A DNA stretch of 59,009 nt, filler included, from an uncultured bacterium (GCA_964449065.1; 5 parts of 5 records of this genome joined end to end with filler, not necessarily neighbours in it), one strand, 5' to 3'; counted from the first letter of the whole stretch, positions 1 through 10,431 are shown. Made by a program: numbers and translations. Notes: generated by a model from the sequence alone, not told the origin.

Positions 1-55
1 GACGCACCGGCTGGAAGCCGATGCTACCCGGCTATTCAACTCTGAAACGCTCTAG
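1..55 (-). mobile_element. Partial MITE family C carrying a GTAG-type REP hairpin
   Basis: Reverse complement CTAGAGCGTTTCAGAGTTGAATAGCCGGGTAGCATCGGCTTCCAGCCGGTG closely matches the left part of the complete copy at 13280-13372 and the end at 35554. Confidence 0.75.
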
Positions 56-162
56 TAGTCTGTCAATCAAAAAATGACGGTTCGTTATACGTTGTTGCCC
101 CCCTTGATAAGGGGGGCAGGGGGGGATCGACACCCGTCATTTAATCGTTGACACCGTACTAG
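52..162. mobile_element. MITE family A (CTAG-bounded, ~110 bp, internal CCCCCCTT-AAGGGGGG hairpin)
   Basis: Imperfect TIRs CTAGTAGTCTGTCAATCAAAAAATGACGG and CCGTCATTTAATCGTTGACACCGTACTAG; related copies at 16787-17049, 23944-24030 and 36037-36079. Confidence 0.8.
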
Positions 163-265
163 GCGCATGAATGGAATCAGATGATCGACAAGGGAAGGTA
201 TAACATCCGCTTGCCGCGCGGAAGGGATGCAATCTTGAGATTAAACCGGGATGCACTCATCAAAA

Positions 266-697
266 TCAGTGGACAGTACTACTACTTTCACCGGGAGGAA
301 CAATGACATTGCCCCCTTGAACACGTTTCCCTGTAAATCGGGTATATTTCGCCTCATTGGAATAATGAACGCAAGACATTCCCATATCGATGTCTTCAAA
401 AAAGAAAAACGCCGTCATCCTGCCCTGCATAAAACACGTCCCGTGATAGAACTGCGCTTTCGGGAACTTAAGGATCATCAGGTGGGTGATCATTACATCC
501 GTATTGAATATCTGTTTGCCCAGTGTTTTTAAAACCTGCTTTAAGAAAGGGTGTTTGGTTTTTTTGCTGGAATCAATGAATAGATTATCTTGGCTGAAAT
601 GATCAAAGAAGTAATTAAATGTGGACTGAAAATCTTCCTCGGTCTGCAGCATCTTTTTTAACGTTTTCAGTTTAGTTATGATCGTTTGCATCGCCAT
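266..697 (-). CDS. Hypothetical protein (~143 aa)
   Basis: 3' part of ORF 266..952; GGAG RBS 6 nt before ATG 697; globular-looking sequence. Confidence 0.6.
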   Translation of the reverse strand: MAMQTIITKLKTLKKMLQTEEDFQSTFNYFFDHFSQDNLFIDSSKKTKHPFLKQVLKTLGKQIFNTDVMITHLMILKFPKAQFYHGTCFMQGRMTAFFFFEDIDMGMSCVHYSNEAKYTRFTGKRVQGGNVIVPPGESSSTVH

Positions 698-952
698 GTT
701 CATCTCCGGCAAAATTAATTTCCAAAGGCAATCAAAACGGCATTGGAAAATTCTTGCGAATAAAATAGTTCCTATTTTACTTCTTTTAGGTGTTTTTTTT
801 AAAGGGTTATCTCCACTACCAATTTGTCCCTTTTCCAATTTGGGTTGTTCAATAAAATCATACCGGCTTACCATGATTATTTCGTTTGCATGCCAAGGAA
901 AATACCACGAATCAAACGAAGATGAATCTTTATGGATTGTGGTTCTCATCAC

Positions 953-1020
953 ACTCCCTCTGTCCCCCTTACGCCGGACACCTTACGCCGGACATCTCCC
1001 CCAATCATTTTGGGGAAGAC
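953..1020. repeat. CCCC/GGGG hairpin-type intergenic repeat with an internal 14-bp tandem duplication
   Basis: CCTTACGCCGGACA at 967-980 and 981-994; TCTCCCCCAA...TTGGGGAAGA hairpin similar to those inside the MITEs. Confidence 0.55.
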
Positions 1021-1098
1021 AACGGCATCGGCAGGCGGGATTAGAGTTTGCCCCTTCACGCTTCTGACCAAGGTTTCATCCCTCTTTTTTATGTGGCA

Positions 1099-1128
1099 TT
1101 GACATCTTTCTGTGTGAATGGGTAGAAT
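1099..1128 (+). promoter_or_regulatory. Putative sigma70 promoter of the metal-efflux operon
   Basis: TTGACA (1099-1104), 18 bp spacer, TAGAAT (1123-1128), upstream of ORF 1171. Confidence 0.55.
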
Positions 1129-1170
1129 GAAAAATATTGATTTAGAGGATTTATCAGATACACTAAAGAA

Positions 1171-1647
1171 ATGATCAGAAAACATACACATTATATCTTT
1201 ATTTTAAGCATCCTTTTGGTCTTAGCCGGGAATGGGAACTTTGAGTTTATGTTTCCGGCCATGGATTCTTGCGTTGCGAAAACATTGCATGCCGAACCAA
1301 CCTCTACATGCTGTTGTGATGGTCAACGCAATACAAATAAAGCGGGTAAAGATTGTTGTGAGAATGATCAAAGTTCCAAACATCAATCAAATTCAGGCAA
1401 TCAGTATAAGGAACAAACGGGCTTATGCGCGTGCCACTTATCACCGCCCCCTTCTGTTCCGGCTGTTTCCAATCCATCTGTAAGAACCGTTGAACATAAA
1501 CCCACTTACCGGCCCATTTCAAAAATACATACAACGTTCGCCCAAACCATTCCCAGTGTATCAAACCAGCCTTTGATTCATCATACCCCTGTCAATCCTA
1601 TCAATCATTCCACTCTTTCCGTGGGCAACGTCTGCCTGCGTATTTAG
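1171..1647 (+). CDS. Cys-rich exported small protein / leader upstream of metal efflux genes
   Basis: N-terminal hydrophobic segment; CCC, CC and CAC clusters; SPPP; C-terminal CLRI; first gene of the operon. Confidence 0.65.
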   Translation: MIRKHTHYIFILSILLVLAGNGNFEFMFPAMDSCVAKTLHAEPTSTCCCDGQRNTNKAGKDCCENDQSSKHQSNSGNQYKEQTGLCACHLSPPPSVPAVSNPSVRTVEHKPTYRPISKIHTTFAQTIPSVSNQPLIHHTPVNPINHSTLSVGNVCLRI

Positions 1648-1747
1648 ACCACCACTTCTTTTTTTCCGCAAAATTGTTCATTTTAAAGTTGGGAGAATTG
1701 GGTACCTCCATTTCTCTAAACGCCTCGAGTTATAAGGTGGATATAAA

Positions 1748-3055
1748 ATGCGTAAATCCCTTCATATATTTTTTATGGGAGTAATCTGTTTGGCCATTGC
1801 GTATAACGCAGCCAGAGCACAATCCGGCCAACCGGTTATTCCAATCCAATCGTTAATAGAAGAAGCGTTTCAGAACAACCCATCCGTTGCCGCGGCAAAG
1901 GCCGCGTGGTCTCAAGCGGTAGAGAAACTGCCGCAAGAAACCGCCTTGGATGATCCAGTGCTGTCGTTTTCGTATTATGCGGAAAACGTGGAAACCCGGG
2001 TGGGGCCGCAAGAGTATTCGATCGGAATCGAACAGCGCTTTCCGTTTCCGGGGACATTGCATCAAAAAGGTGAGATCGCCAAAAAGGAGATCGAAATTGC
2101 CCGCTTGCAGTATGAAAAGGCCGTTCGGAATATGATTGTGGAATTAAAACAAGCGGTCTATGAACACCTCTATATTGAAGGAGCAATTGAAACGACCCGG
2201 CACAATCAAGAATTGCTGCAAGAGATTTTGGCCGTAGCGGAAGCGGGATACAGCAGGCAATCCACCGGATTGAATGATGTGTTTCAGGCGGAATCGCAGT
2301 TGGCGCAACTGGATTATGAAATCATCACATTGCGGGAACTGCGCTCGGTTCAAATCGCGGTGATCAATTCGGTGTTAAACCGCCCTCCCGATACCCCCTT
2401 GCCGGCGATTGCGGCAGCAATACCGGAGCCGGTAACCTTTCCAATTTCTGCGTTGGATTCATTTGTTCAGGAAAACAATCAAGATATTTTGATCGCGGAG
2501 CTGGATGTCAAGAAAGCGGATGAATCCATCCAACTGGCGCGCAGCAAAAACCGCCCCACATTCAACATAGGAGCCGATTATATTGATACGGGAGAAGCGC
2601 TGAACCCGCTCACGCCGGGCAGCGGGAAGGATCCCATCATCATCCGCGGGGGCATTACCATTCCGGTTTGGCTGGGGAAAAACAAAGCGCGTGTCCGGTA
2701 CGCGAAAGAGGGCAAGACGGACGCGGTTCACCGTGGGGATGCCGTAATCAATGAGTTGGAAGTGAAATTGCGAAAGACGTTCTTTGATCTTCAAAACGCC
2801 AAACGGCTGATGGTTTTGTATGATGATCATTTAATTCCACAAGCGCAAAACGCCCTGCAAACGGCGGAAGAATGGAACCGAACCAAGCAGGGCAGTATTT
2901 CTGAGGTATTAGAAGTACAGAGCGTTTGGCTGAATTTTAATCTGGCCTGGCTGCGCGCGCGAACCGATTACGCCAAGTTCTTCGCGGAGTTGGAGCGCAT
3001 CGCCGGCGGTTCGTTATCGCCTTTACTTCAACAGGAGGCCCACGATGAAAACTAA
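1748..3055 (+). CDS. TolC-family outer membrane efflux protein (CusC/CzcC-like)
   Basis: Signal peptide, NNP motif, Q-R-F-P-F-P-G motif, IPVW segment, C-terminal LERIAG; lies in RND operon. Confidence 0.9.
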   Translation: MRKSLHIFFMGVICLAIAYNAARAQSGQPVIPIQSLIEEAFQNNPSVAAAKAAWSQAVEKLPQETALDDPVLSFSYYAENVETRVGPQEYSIGIEQRFPFPGTLHQKGEIAKKEIEIARLQYEKAVRNMIVELKQAVYEHLYIEGAIETTRHNQELLQEILAVAEAGYSRQSTGLNDVFQAESQLAQLDYEIITLRELRSVQIAVINSVLNRPPDTPLPAIAAAIPEPVTFPISALDSFVQENNQDILIAELDVKKADESIQLARSKNRPTFNIGADYIDTGEALNPLTPGSGKDPIIIRGGITIPVWLGKNKARVRYAKEGKTDAVHRGDAVINELEVKLRKTFFDLQNAKRLMVLYDDHLIPQAQNALQTAEEWNRTKQGSISEVLEVQSVWLNFNLAWLRARTDYAKFFAELERIAGGSLSPLLQQEAHDEN

Positions 3056-4613
3056 TCTTTTTGCAATTCTTTGTGCAATCATACTGTTCTCTATTCCTGT
3101 AATGACAACCCAATGGGTATGGTGTGAAGGATATAAACAGGCACGGGAGACAATCGATACCGCCAGCCGTCCATGGTTTTTGGCAGACCACTTGCAGCAG
3201 TCCCAACCGCATGACTCAAAGCCTGTCGATCAATCGAAAGTTCAACCCGAATGGGAAACGCTGCTCAGCGCTTATCAATCTGAAAAAGAAAATTCTATCA
3301 CCGGATTGATTAATCAAATTGAACCGTATTTAGTAACCGCTGAATCCAAATCCATTCAACAACAGGTCAAGAACAATCAATGGGGCTTTCTGCAAAGTGA
3401 AGATGTGAGCTTTGCTGATTTGATCTCCGCGGTTTATGCGAGGAACCCTTCGATTCAGGCGGCGCATTCCGCCTGGCAAGCGGCGGTCGAACGGTATCCA
3501 CAGGCAGCCTATTTGGAAGGCATTTTGCGGCAATATAACGCGTTTACCAAAACGCTGCATTTGGTTCTTCAAGGCAAGCCTTATCACCAGCAAATGGTAG
3601 AGCAGGAATTTCCGTTTCCCGGCAGCACGGCATTGCGCGGCAGGATTGTACAGACGGATATTGAGATTGCAAAGCAGAAATACGCGATTGCGGTCCGTGA
3701 GGTGTTGGCTGAATTCAAAAAAACCTATCATCATTTCATTCATTTAGATGAGACCATTGCCATCACAAAGGAAAGTCAAGAACTGTTCAGCCAGATGCTG
3801 GAAGTCGTGACCCGCAATTTTGAGGGCGGCAATACGTCTTATAACGATGTGATCCAAACCCAATCCACCTTGGATACGCTCACCAATGATATCCGCACGC
3901 TTCTATCCCAGCAGGAGACCGCCAGGGTTAAATTAAACTCATTGCTAAATCGTACTCCACAGGAACCGGTTGTGCACATCCCGTTATCACATGCTGTTCC
4001 TGAAGCCGCAATACATCCCGGCCGCTTGTTTAAATTGGCGCAAGAAAATCGCCAGGAAATTCAATTGCAGAAAAGTCTTGTGCAGCGGGCAGCGCTTACG
4101 ATCCAGCTGGCGCGGGAACGCAACCGTCCAGACCCCTCATTGGGGATGGCCTATTTTCAAAGAAAGGCCCGTTTATTAGAAGGATCTTTACAGCAGAAAA
4201 AATCATTTCAGTCCATCCCAAAGCCAACCGTTCGTCCACAGTTCGGTGAAACAGAGGCGTATATTGCAGAAATGCTGCAACAAAAAGCCATGCGGCAGCA
4301 AGAACTTGAAGATACGATTGCACAAACCAATTTGGCGGTGCAAAAGGCCTATGAAAAATTGGATCAAGCGCTTCGGGACACCAATCTATTCCGCACGACT
4401 TTGCTGCCGGAAGCCCAACAATCGGTAGATATCGCGGAGACGGATTATCTGGGGTCCCGCATGGATTTTTTCGCGTATTTAGACGCGCAGCAAAACTGGC
4501 TGGAGTATCGATTGCAGTATTCCTTAGCCCGTCATGATATTGGCAATGCGTTTGCCGAACTCGAACGAGTCGTCGGTGTTTCACTGCAATCCATTCATCA
4601 TCAAAGCCATTAA
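3045..4613 (+). CDS. Second TolC-family outer membrane efflux protein with N-terminal extension
   Basis: ARNPSI, QEFPFPG and LERVVG motifs; overlaps the upstream gene. Confidence 0.85.
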   Translation: MKTNLFAILCAIILFSIPVMTTQWVWCEGYKQARETIDTASRPWFLADHLQQSQPHDSKPVDQSKVQPEWETLLSAYQSEKENSITGLINQIEPYLVTAESKSIQQQVKNNQWGFLQSEDVSFADLISAVYARNPSIQAAHSAWQAAVERYPQAAYLEGILRQYNAFTKTLHLVLQGKPYHQQMVEQEFPFPGSTALRGRIVQTDIEIAKQKYAIAVREVLAEFKKTYHHFIHLDETIAITKESQELFSQMLEVVTRNFEGGNTSYNDVIQTQSTLDTLTNDIRTLLSQQETARVKLNSLLNRTPQEPVVHIPLSHAVPEAAIHPGRLFKLAQENRQEIQLQKSLVQRAALTIQLARERNRPDPSLGMAYFQRKARLLEGSLQQKKSFQSIPKPTVRPQFGETEAYIAEMLQQKAMRQQELEDTIAQTNLAVQKAYEKLDQALRDTNLFRTTLLPEAQQSVDIAETDYLGSRMDFFAYLDAQQNWLEYRLQYSLARHDIGNAFAELERVVGVSLQSIHHQSH

Positions 4614-4626
4614 TGAGGAGAAAACT

Positions 4627-6642
4627 ATGAGCGTGTATAGCAGCCTTATACAAAACAAAATCACCTATTTCATCCTAGGGGTTTTGATAGCCCTTGTATT
4701 CCATTCACTCTTTTTACGAGACGATCATGAACACGCCGGTCAAGAGATCAATGAGGCGGTCTCATCCGCCACAACCTGGACTTGTTCCATGCATCCGCAG
4801 ATCCAGCAGCCGGAAGCAGGGGATTGCCCGATCTGCGGGATGGATTTGATCCCGTTGAGTTCCACCGGTGAAGAAAGCGGGCCGCGTATATTAACGATGT
4901 CTGAAGTTGCCAAAAAACTGGCGGAAATCCAAACTGTGCCCGTGAAACGCGCGTATGTTGAACATGAATTGCGTCTGGTTGGGAAAGTTGAATATGACGA
5001 GACCAAGTTGAAATACATCTCCGCGTGGTATCCCGGCCGGCTGGAGCGGTTGTATGTCGACTCTACCGGCACCCCGGTAGAGAAGGGGGATCATTTGGTT
5101 GAGATCTACAGCCCAGCTATCTTGACGGATCAAGAGGCCTTGCTGCAAGCCAAACAAGCCGCCGCGCAAACGCGGCAAAACGCCAACGGCCAATATACCG
5201 TGAACCGGCAGCAAACCTTGGAACGTGCCCGGAACCGGCTGCGCCTGTTGGGACTGACCGAAACGCAGATTCAAGAGATTGAAGAACGCGGCGCACCAAC
5301 CGAACGAATCAATTTTTATTCACCGATTGATGGAATCGTCATCCACAAAAACGCATTGGAGGGCGATTATGTGGATACCGGCAACCGTATTTATACCATC
5401 GCCGATTTATCGGAAGTATGGGTCAAACTGGATGCGTATGAATCCGATTTACCCTGGGTTCATTACGGGCAGGAAGTGGAGTTCACGACGGTCTCTCATC
5501 CGGGAGAGGTGTTTAAAGGGAGGATATCTTTTATTGATCCGTTCTTAAATGAAAAAACCCGCACGGTAAAAGTGCGGGTGAATGTCAACAATGAAGACCG
5601 CAAGTTAAAGCCGGAAATGTTTGTGCGGGCTGTCGTCAGCAGCAAGGTCAATGCCGCGGGTGAGATTTACGACACCATGCTGGCGGGAAAATGGATCAGC
5701 CCGATGCACCCGGAAATCATTAAAGATGAACCGGGAACCTGCGATATATGCGGAATGCCGCTGGTGAAAGCGGAAGAGTTGGGGTTTGTGGACGCGGATG
5801 ACACCGAACACAAACCGCCGCTGGTGATCCCCAGTTCCGCGCCATTGATTACCGGCAAGCGCGCGGTTGTATATGTGCAGCTTCCGGATACCGAAAAACC
5901 GACCTTTGAAGGACGGGAAGTGGTATTGGGACCGCGATTGAAAGATCATTACATTGTGGAATCGGGAGTGGGGGAAGGCGAAGAAGTTGTTGTGAACGGC
6001 AATTTTAAAATCGATAGCGCGCTGCAAATCGAAGCCAAACCCAGTATGATGAACCCCACCGGCGGATCCACCGGCAGCGCGGGTTCGTCTACCAGCAAAG
6101 GTGCCGGATCTTCCACCAGCAAAGACGCGGGCTCTGTATCCAGTAAACAAATGCCCAGCGCGGAAGCCGCCGGCAATCAATCCGTCAAACCGGATGCTCC
6201 GTTTCCCATATCAGCGAACGTGTTACCCAGACTCTTAGACCCTTACCGAAGCATCCAAACCGCCCTAGCACAAGATGATCTTTCCGCCGCGCAAGAGGCT
6301 TCGCGTGAATGGATTTCCGCGGCTCAAACCAGCCAATTATCGGAACTGGAAAATATAGGGCTTCAAATCAAGAATGCCGAAAGTATCGACAAGGCGCGCG
6401 AGGTGTTTCATACCCTATCGAATGCCATGATCGCGGCCTTGGAAGAACACGGTACACCGGAGCAGCCGGTCTATCAAATTCATTGCCCGATGGCGTTTAA
6501 CAACCAGGGCGCAAGCTGGCTGCAATGGCAGCATGAAACGCGCAATCCCTATTTTGGAGATTTAATGCTGACCTGCGGTGTTTTGGAGAAAACGTTTGAA
6601 CCCGACACAACGGTTGAAGCGAAAGAAACGCAGCCGCGATAA
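4627..6642 (+). CDS. cusB: CusB-like RND periplasmic adaptor with heavy-metal-binding domains and C-terminal DUF3347-like domain
   Basis: WTCSMHPQI..CPICGMDL and SPMHPEI..CDICGMPL motifs, LKPEMFV, C-terminal HCPMAFNNQGASW..NPYFG..CG; GAGGAG RBS before ATG 4627. Confidence 0.88.
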   Translation: MSVYSSLIQNKITYFILGVLIALVFHSLFLRDDHEHAGQEINEAVSSATTWTCSMHPQIQQPEAGDCPICGMDLIPLSSTGEESGPRILTMSEVAKKLAEIQTVPVKRAYVEHELRLVGKVEYDETKLKYISAWYPGRLERLYVDSTGTPVEKGDHLVEIYSPAILTDQEALLQAKQAAAQTRQNANGQYTVNRQQTLERARNRLRLLGLTETQIQEIEERGAPTERINFYSPIDGIVIHKNALEGDYVDTGNRIYTIADLSEVWVKLDAYESDLPWVHYGQEVEFTTVSHPGEVFKGRISFIDPFLNEKTRTVKVRVNVNNEDRKLKPEMFVRAVVSSKVNAAGEIYDTMLAGKWISPMHPEIIKDEPGTCDICGMPLVKAEELGFVDADDTEHKPPLVIPSSAPLITGKRAVVYVQLPDTEKPTFEGREVVLGPRLKDHYIVESGVGEGEEVVVNGNFKIDSALQIEAKPSMMNPTGGSTGSAGSSTSKGAGSSTSKDAGSVSSKQMPSAEAAGNQSVKPDAPFPISANVLPRLLDPYRSIQTALAQDDLSAAQEASREWISAAQTSQLSELENIGLQIKNAESIDKAREVFHTLSNAMIAALEEHGTPEQPVYQIHCPMAFNNQGASWLQWQHETRNPYFGDLMLTCGVLEKTFEPDTTVEAKETQPR

Positions 6643-6696
6643 AATCATTCCATGCATCAACACTAATTTCAATCATTGTAAATAAGGTACAGAACC

Positions 6697-9600
6697 ATGT
6701 TAGATACAATCATTCGCTTTTGTTTGGAAAATAAGTTGGTGGTCACCCTTTTGATGGGCTTCATCATTATATGGGGGGTGATGGTTGCCCCGTTTGATTG
6801 GGACATCCGCGCGATTCCCCGCGATCCCGTGCCGGTCGACGCGATTCCCGATATCGGTGAGAACCAGCAAATTGTCTTTACCGAATGGAAAGGGCGCTCG
6901 CCGCAAGATGTGGAAGACCAGATCACCTATCCGCTTACGGTGTCTTTGTTGGGGATTCCGGGAGTGAAAACCATACGGAGTTATTCGTATTTGGGGTTTT
7001 CAAGCATCTATATCATTTTCAAAGAAGACATCGAATTTTATTGGTCGCGTTCGCGGGTGTTGGAAAAACTGAACAGTCTTTCGGCGGGAACGCTGCCGGA
7101 GGGCGTGCAGCCCAAGTTGGGGCCGGATGCGACCGCGCTGGGGCAGATCTTTTGGTATACGCTGGAAGGCCGGGACCCGGATGGCATCCCGACCGGCGGA
7201 TGGGATTTGGATGAGCTGCGCAGCATACAAGATTGGTATGTGCGGTATGGATTGCAATCGGCGGAAGGGGTGAGTGAGGTGGCCTCGGTCGGCGGGTTTG
7301 CGCGGGAATACCAGATCGATGTGGATCCCGACGCGATGCGTGCTTACGGCGTCACCCTGGGGGATGTGTTTAACGCGGTGCGGAATTCCAATGTTGATGT
7401 GGGAGCCCGTACCATTGAGGTGAACCAAGTTGAATATGTGATTCGCGGTATTGGGTTCTTAGAGAGTTTGGATGATATTGAAGAAACCGTCATTGCCGTA
7501 AACGATAATGTGCCGATTCTGGTGAAAGATATCGCGCACGTCGCAACCGGTCCCGCGCTGCGGAGAGGGGCGTTGGATAAGGCCGGAGCGGAAGCGGTGG
7601 GCGGGGTTGTGGTGGTTCGCTATGGTGAAAATCCACTCGAAACCATTGAAAACGTGAAGCGTAAAATAGAAGAAATCTCTCCGGGCCTTCCGAAAAAGGT
7701 TTTGGATGACGGCACGGTATCGCAAGTAAAAATCGTGCCGTTTTATGACCGGACGGAATTGATCCATGAAACGCTCGGAACACTGAGTACCGCCCTCACC
7801 GATGAAGTTTTAGTCACCATTATTGTTGTGATTGTGATGGTGAATCATCTGCGCAGTTCCGTGTTGATATCCGCGCTGCTGCCGCTGGCGGTGTTGATGT
7901 GCTTTATCGCGATGAAGCTGTTTGGGGTGGATGCCAATGTTGTCGCGCTTTCCGGGATCGCGATTGCTATCGGGACGATGGTGGATATGGGGGTGGTTAT
8001 TTGTGAGAACATCCTGAAACATCTGGATGAAGCGGATGAGAATGAAAACCGGTTGGAAGTTATTTACCGGGCGACCACAGAAGTCAGCGGCGCGGTATTG
8101 ACGGCGGTCGCTACAACGGTCATCAGTTTCTTACCGGTCTTTACCATGATTGCAGCCGAAGGAAAGCTGTTCCGCCCCTTAGCCTACACGAAAACGTTCG
8201 CGCTGACCGCATCGATCATCGTCGCACTGGTGATCATTCCTCCATTTGCGCATATGCTATTTACGGGAAAGATCAGCGGCAAGCGGATACGGGATTTTGT
8301 CTTTGGCGGACTGATTGTCGCGGGTATTGTGATTGGGGTTTATATATCGTGGTGGATTGGCGTATTGATTGCCGCATTTGGGGGGTATCACTTTGTATCC
8401 CATAGTGTCCCGGCGGGATTTCAAACACGGCTTCCTCTCATCATCAATGGAATTGCGGTTTTGGCCGTGGTGACGCTGTTAAGCGATCATTGGCTGCCGC
8501 TGGGCGCCGATCATTGGCAACTGACCAATTGGGTTTTTGTTGTGCTCTTATTGGGAGGCGTATTGTCCATCATTCAACTGTTTCAATATTTTTATGAACC
8601 CATTTTGCGATGGTGCCTGGATCACAAACTCCTATTTCTTTCTCTGCCCACTCTCTTGGTGTTGTGGGGAGCCACGATTTGGCTGGGCTTTGATAAGGTG
8701 TTCGGCTTTCTGCCGCGGGTTGTGATGAACGCTCCGGTCGTTTCCGATATCCGCGAGGCATTTCCCGGATTGGGTGAAGAGTTTATGCCCAACTTGGATG
8801 AAGGATCGTATTTGTATATGCCGACAACCATGCCGCACGCGTCAATCGGCGAGGCGATGGATGTGTTGAGAAAAATCGATATGGCGATTAATGCGATTCC
8901 GGAGGTGGATGAGGTTGTAGGAAAAATCGGGCGGGTTGACAGCCCGTTGGACCCGGCCCCGGTATCGATGGTTGAAACCGTTGTGAATTATAAGACCGAA
9001 TACAAAACCGATGCGTCCGGGCACCGGCTGCGGTTTCGTTACGATCATTCCAAAGAAGAATTTGAACGGGATGAACAAGGCGAATTGATTCCGGATGACG
9101 GCGGAATGCCATACCGGCAGTGGCGGGAGCATATACATTCAGCGGATGATATATGGGATGAGATTGTTAAAGTCGCGCAAATTCCGGGCACAACCTCCGC
9201 GCCCAAGTTGCAGCCGATAGAGACCCGGTTGGTCATGCTGCAAACCGGAATGCGCGCCCCAATGGGAATCAAGGTAAAAGGGCCGGATTTGGAAACGATA
9301 CAAGACGTGGGGTTTCAGTTGGAAAAATTGCTGAAAGAGGTCCCATCGGTGAAGGCGGAAGCGGTGATTGCAGACCGCATTGTCGGCAAGCCGTATTTGG
9401 AAATCGATATTGACCGCAGTGCGATTGCGCGTTACGGCATTTCGATACGCACGGTGCAGGATGTGATCGAAGTCGCGATTGGCGGCAAAAGCATCACCAC
9501 CACCGTGGAAGGCCGCGAGCGGTATCCGGTTCGGGTGCGTTATATGCGGGAGTTGCGCGATACCATTGAATCTCTGGGCTCCATTCTGGTTCCTTCGCCA

Positions 9601-10431
9601 ACGGGAGTGCAAATCCCCATGCGGGAATTGGCGAATATACGCTATGTCAAAGGACCGCAAGCCATCAAGAGTGAAGATACCTTTTTGGTGGGATATGTAT
9701 TGTTCGATATGCGGGAGGGCATGGCGGAAGTGGAAGTGGTGGAACAGGCCAGACGTTATCTGAAAGAAAAAGAAGAAAGCGGTGAATTAACGATTCCTGC
9801 CGGGGTGAGCTATACCTTTACCGGGAGTTACGAGAACCAAGTCCGGTCGGAGAAGCGGCTTCGAATTGTTTTGCCATTGGCGCTGTTTTTAATCTTTTTG
9901 ATTTTGTATTTTCAATTCAAGAATGCAATCACCACCCTCATTGTTTTTTCCGGAATCTTAGTTGCTTGGGCGGGCGGGTTCCAAATGTTGTGGCTGTATT
10001 CGCAGGATTGGTTTTTGAATTTCAGCGTGTTTGGAGAGAACCTGCGCGATCTGTTTCAGGTGCATCCCTATAATTTAAGCGTTGCGGTGTGGGTAGGATT
10101 TTTAGCGCTCTTTGGGATTGCGACAGATGACGGCGTTATTCTTACCACGTACCTGGATCAATCCTTTGCGAGAAACAAAACTACATCGGTTCAAGAAATC
10201 CGCGAAGCAACGGTAGAAGCCGGCAAGCGAAGAATCCGGCCCTGTTTAATGACGGTATCGACCACACTCTTGGCATTGATCCCGGTATTGACATCCACGG
10301 GACGCGGGTCTGATATTATGGTGCCGATGGCGATTCCATCGTTTGGCGGAATGACCGTGGCTTTGATCACCGTGTTTGTGGTACCGGTTTTGTATTGTGC
10401 TGTGCAAGAGATGAAATGGAGCAAGAAATGA
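6697..10431 (+). CDS. cusA: CusA/CzcA-family heavy-metal RND permease (Cu/Ag type)
   Basis: 1244 aa; VDAIPDIGENQQIVFTEW, GPDATALG, EFMPNLDEG, RIRPCLMT and GRGSDIMVPMAIP motifs. Confidence 0.95.
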   Translation: MLDTIIRFCLENKLVVTLLMGFIIIWGVMVAPFDWDIRAIPRDPVPVDAIPDIGENQQIVFTEWKGRSPQDVEDQITYPLTVSLLGIPGVKTIRSYSYLGFSSIYIIFKEDIEFYWSRSRVLEKLNSLSAGTLPEGVQPKLGPDATALGQIFWYTLEGRDPDGIPTGGWDLDELRSIQDWYVRYGLQSAEGVSEVASVGGFAREYQIDVDPDAMRAYGVTLGDVFNAVRNSNVDVGARTIEVNQVEYVIRGIGFLESLDDIEETVIAVNDNVPILVKDIAHVATGPALRRGALDKAGAEAVGGVVVVRYGENPLETIENVKRKIEEISPGLPKKVLDDGTVSQVKIVPFYDRTELIHETLGTLSTALTDEVLVTIIVVIVMVNHLRSSVLISALLPLAVLMCFIAMKLFGVDANVVALSGIAIAIGTMVDMGVVICENILKHLDEADENENRLEVIYRATTEVSGAVLTAVATTVISFLPVFTMIAAEGKLFRPLAYTKTFALTASIIVALVIIPPFAHMLFTGKISGKRIRDFVFGGLIVAGIVIGVYISWWIGVLIAAFGGYHFVSHSVPAGFQTRLPLIINGIAVLAVVTLLSDHWLPLGADHWQLTNWVFVVLLLGGVLSIIQLFQYFYEPILRWCLDHKLLFLSLPTLLVLWGATIWLGFDKVFGFLPRVVMNAPVVSDIREAFPGLGEEFMPNLDEGSYLYMPTTMPHASIGEAMDVLRKIDMAINAIPEVDEVVGKIGRVDSPLDPAPVSMVETVVNYKTEYKTDASGHRLRFRYDHSKEEFERDEQGELIPDDGGMPYRQWREHIHSADDIWDEIVKVAQIPGTTSAPKLQPIETRLVMLQTGMRAPMGIKVKGPDLETIQDVGFQLEKLLKEVPSVKAEAVIADRIVGKPYLEIDIDRSAIARYGISIRTVQDVIEVAIGGKSITTTVEGRERYPVRVRYMRELRDTIESLGSILVPSPTGVQIPMRELANIRYVKGPQAIKSEDTFLVGYVLFDMREGMAEVEVVEQARRYLKEKEESGELTIPAGVSYTFTGSYENQVRSEKRLRIVLPLALFLIFLILYFQFKNAITTLIVFSGILVAWAGGFQMLWLYSQDWFLNFSVFGENLRDLFQVHPYNLSVAVWVGFLALFGIATDDGVILTTYLDQSFARNKTTSVQEIREATVEAGKRRIRPCLMTVSTTLLALIPVLTSTGRGSDIMVPMAIPSFGGMTVALITVFVVPVLYCAVQEMKWSKK

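Noticed and set aside
698..1067. N-terminal extension of ORF 266..952 and ORF 678..1067
   Set aside because: AT-rich intergenic-like sequence and repeats; the RBS supports a start at 697
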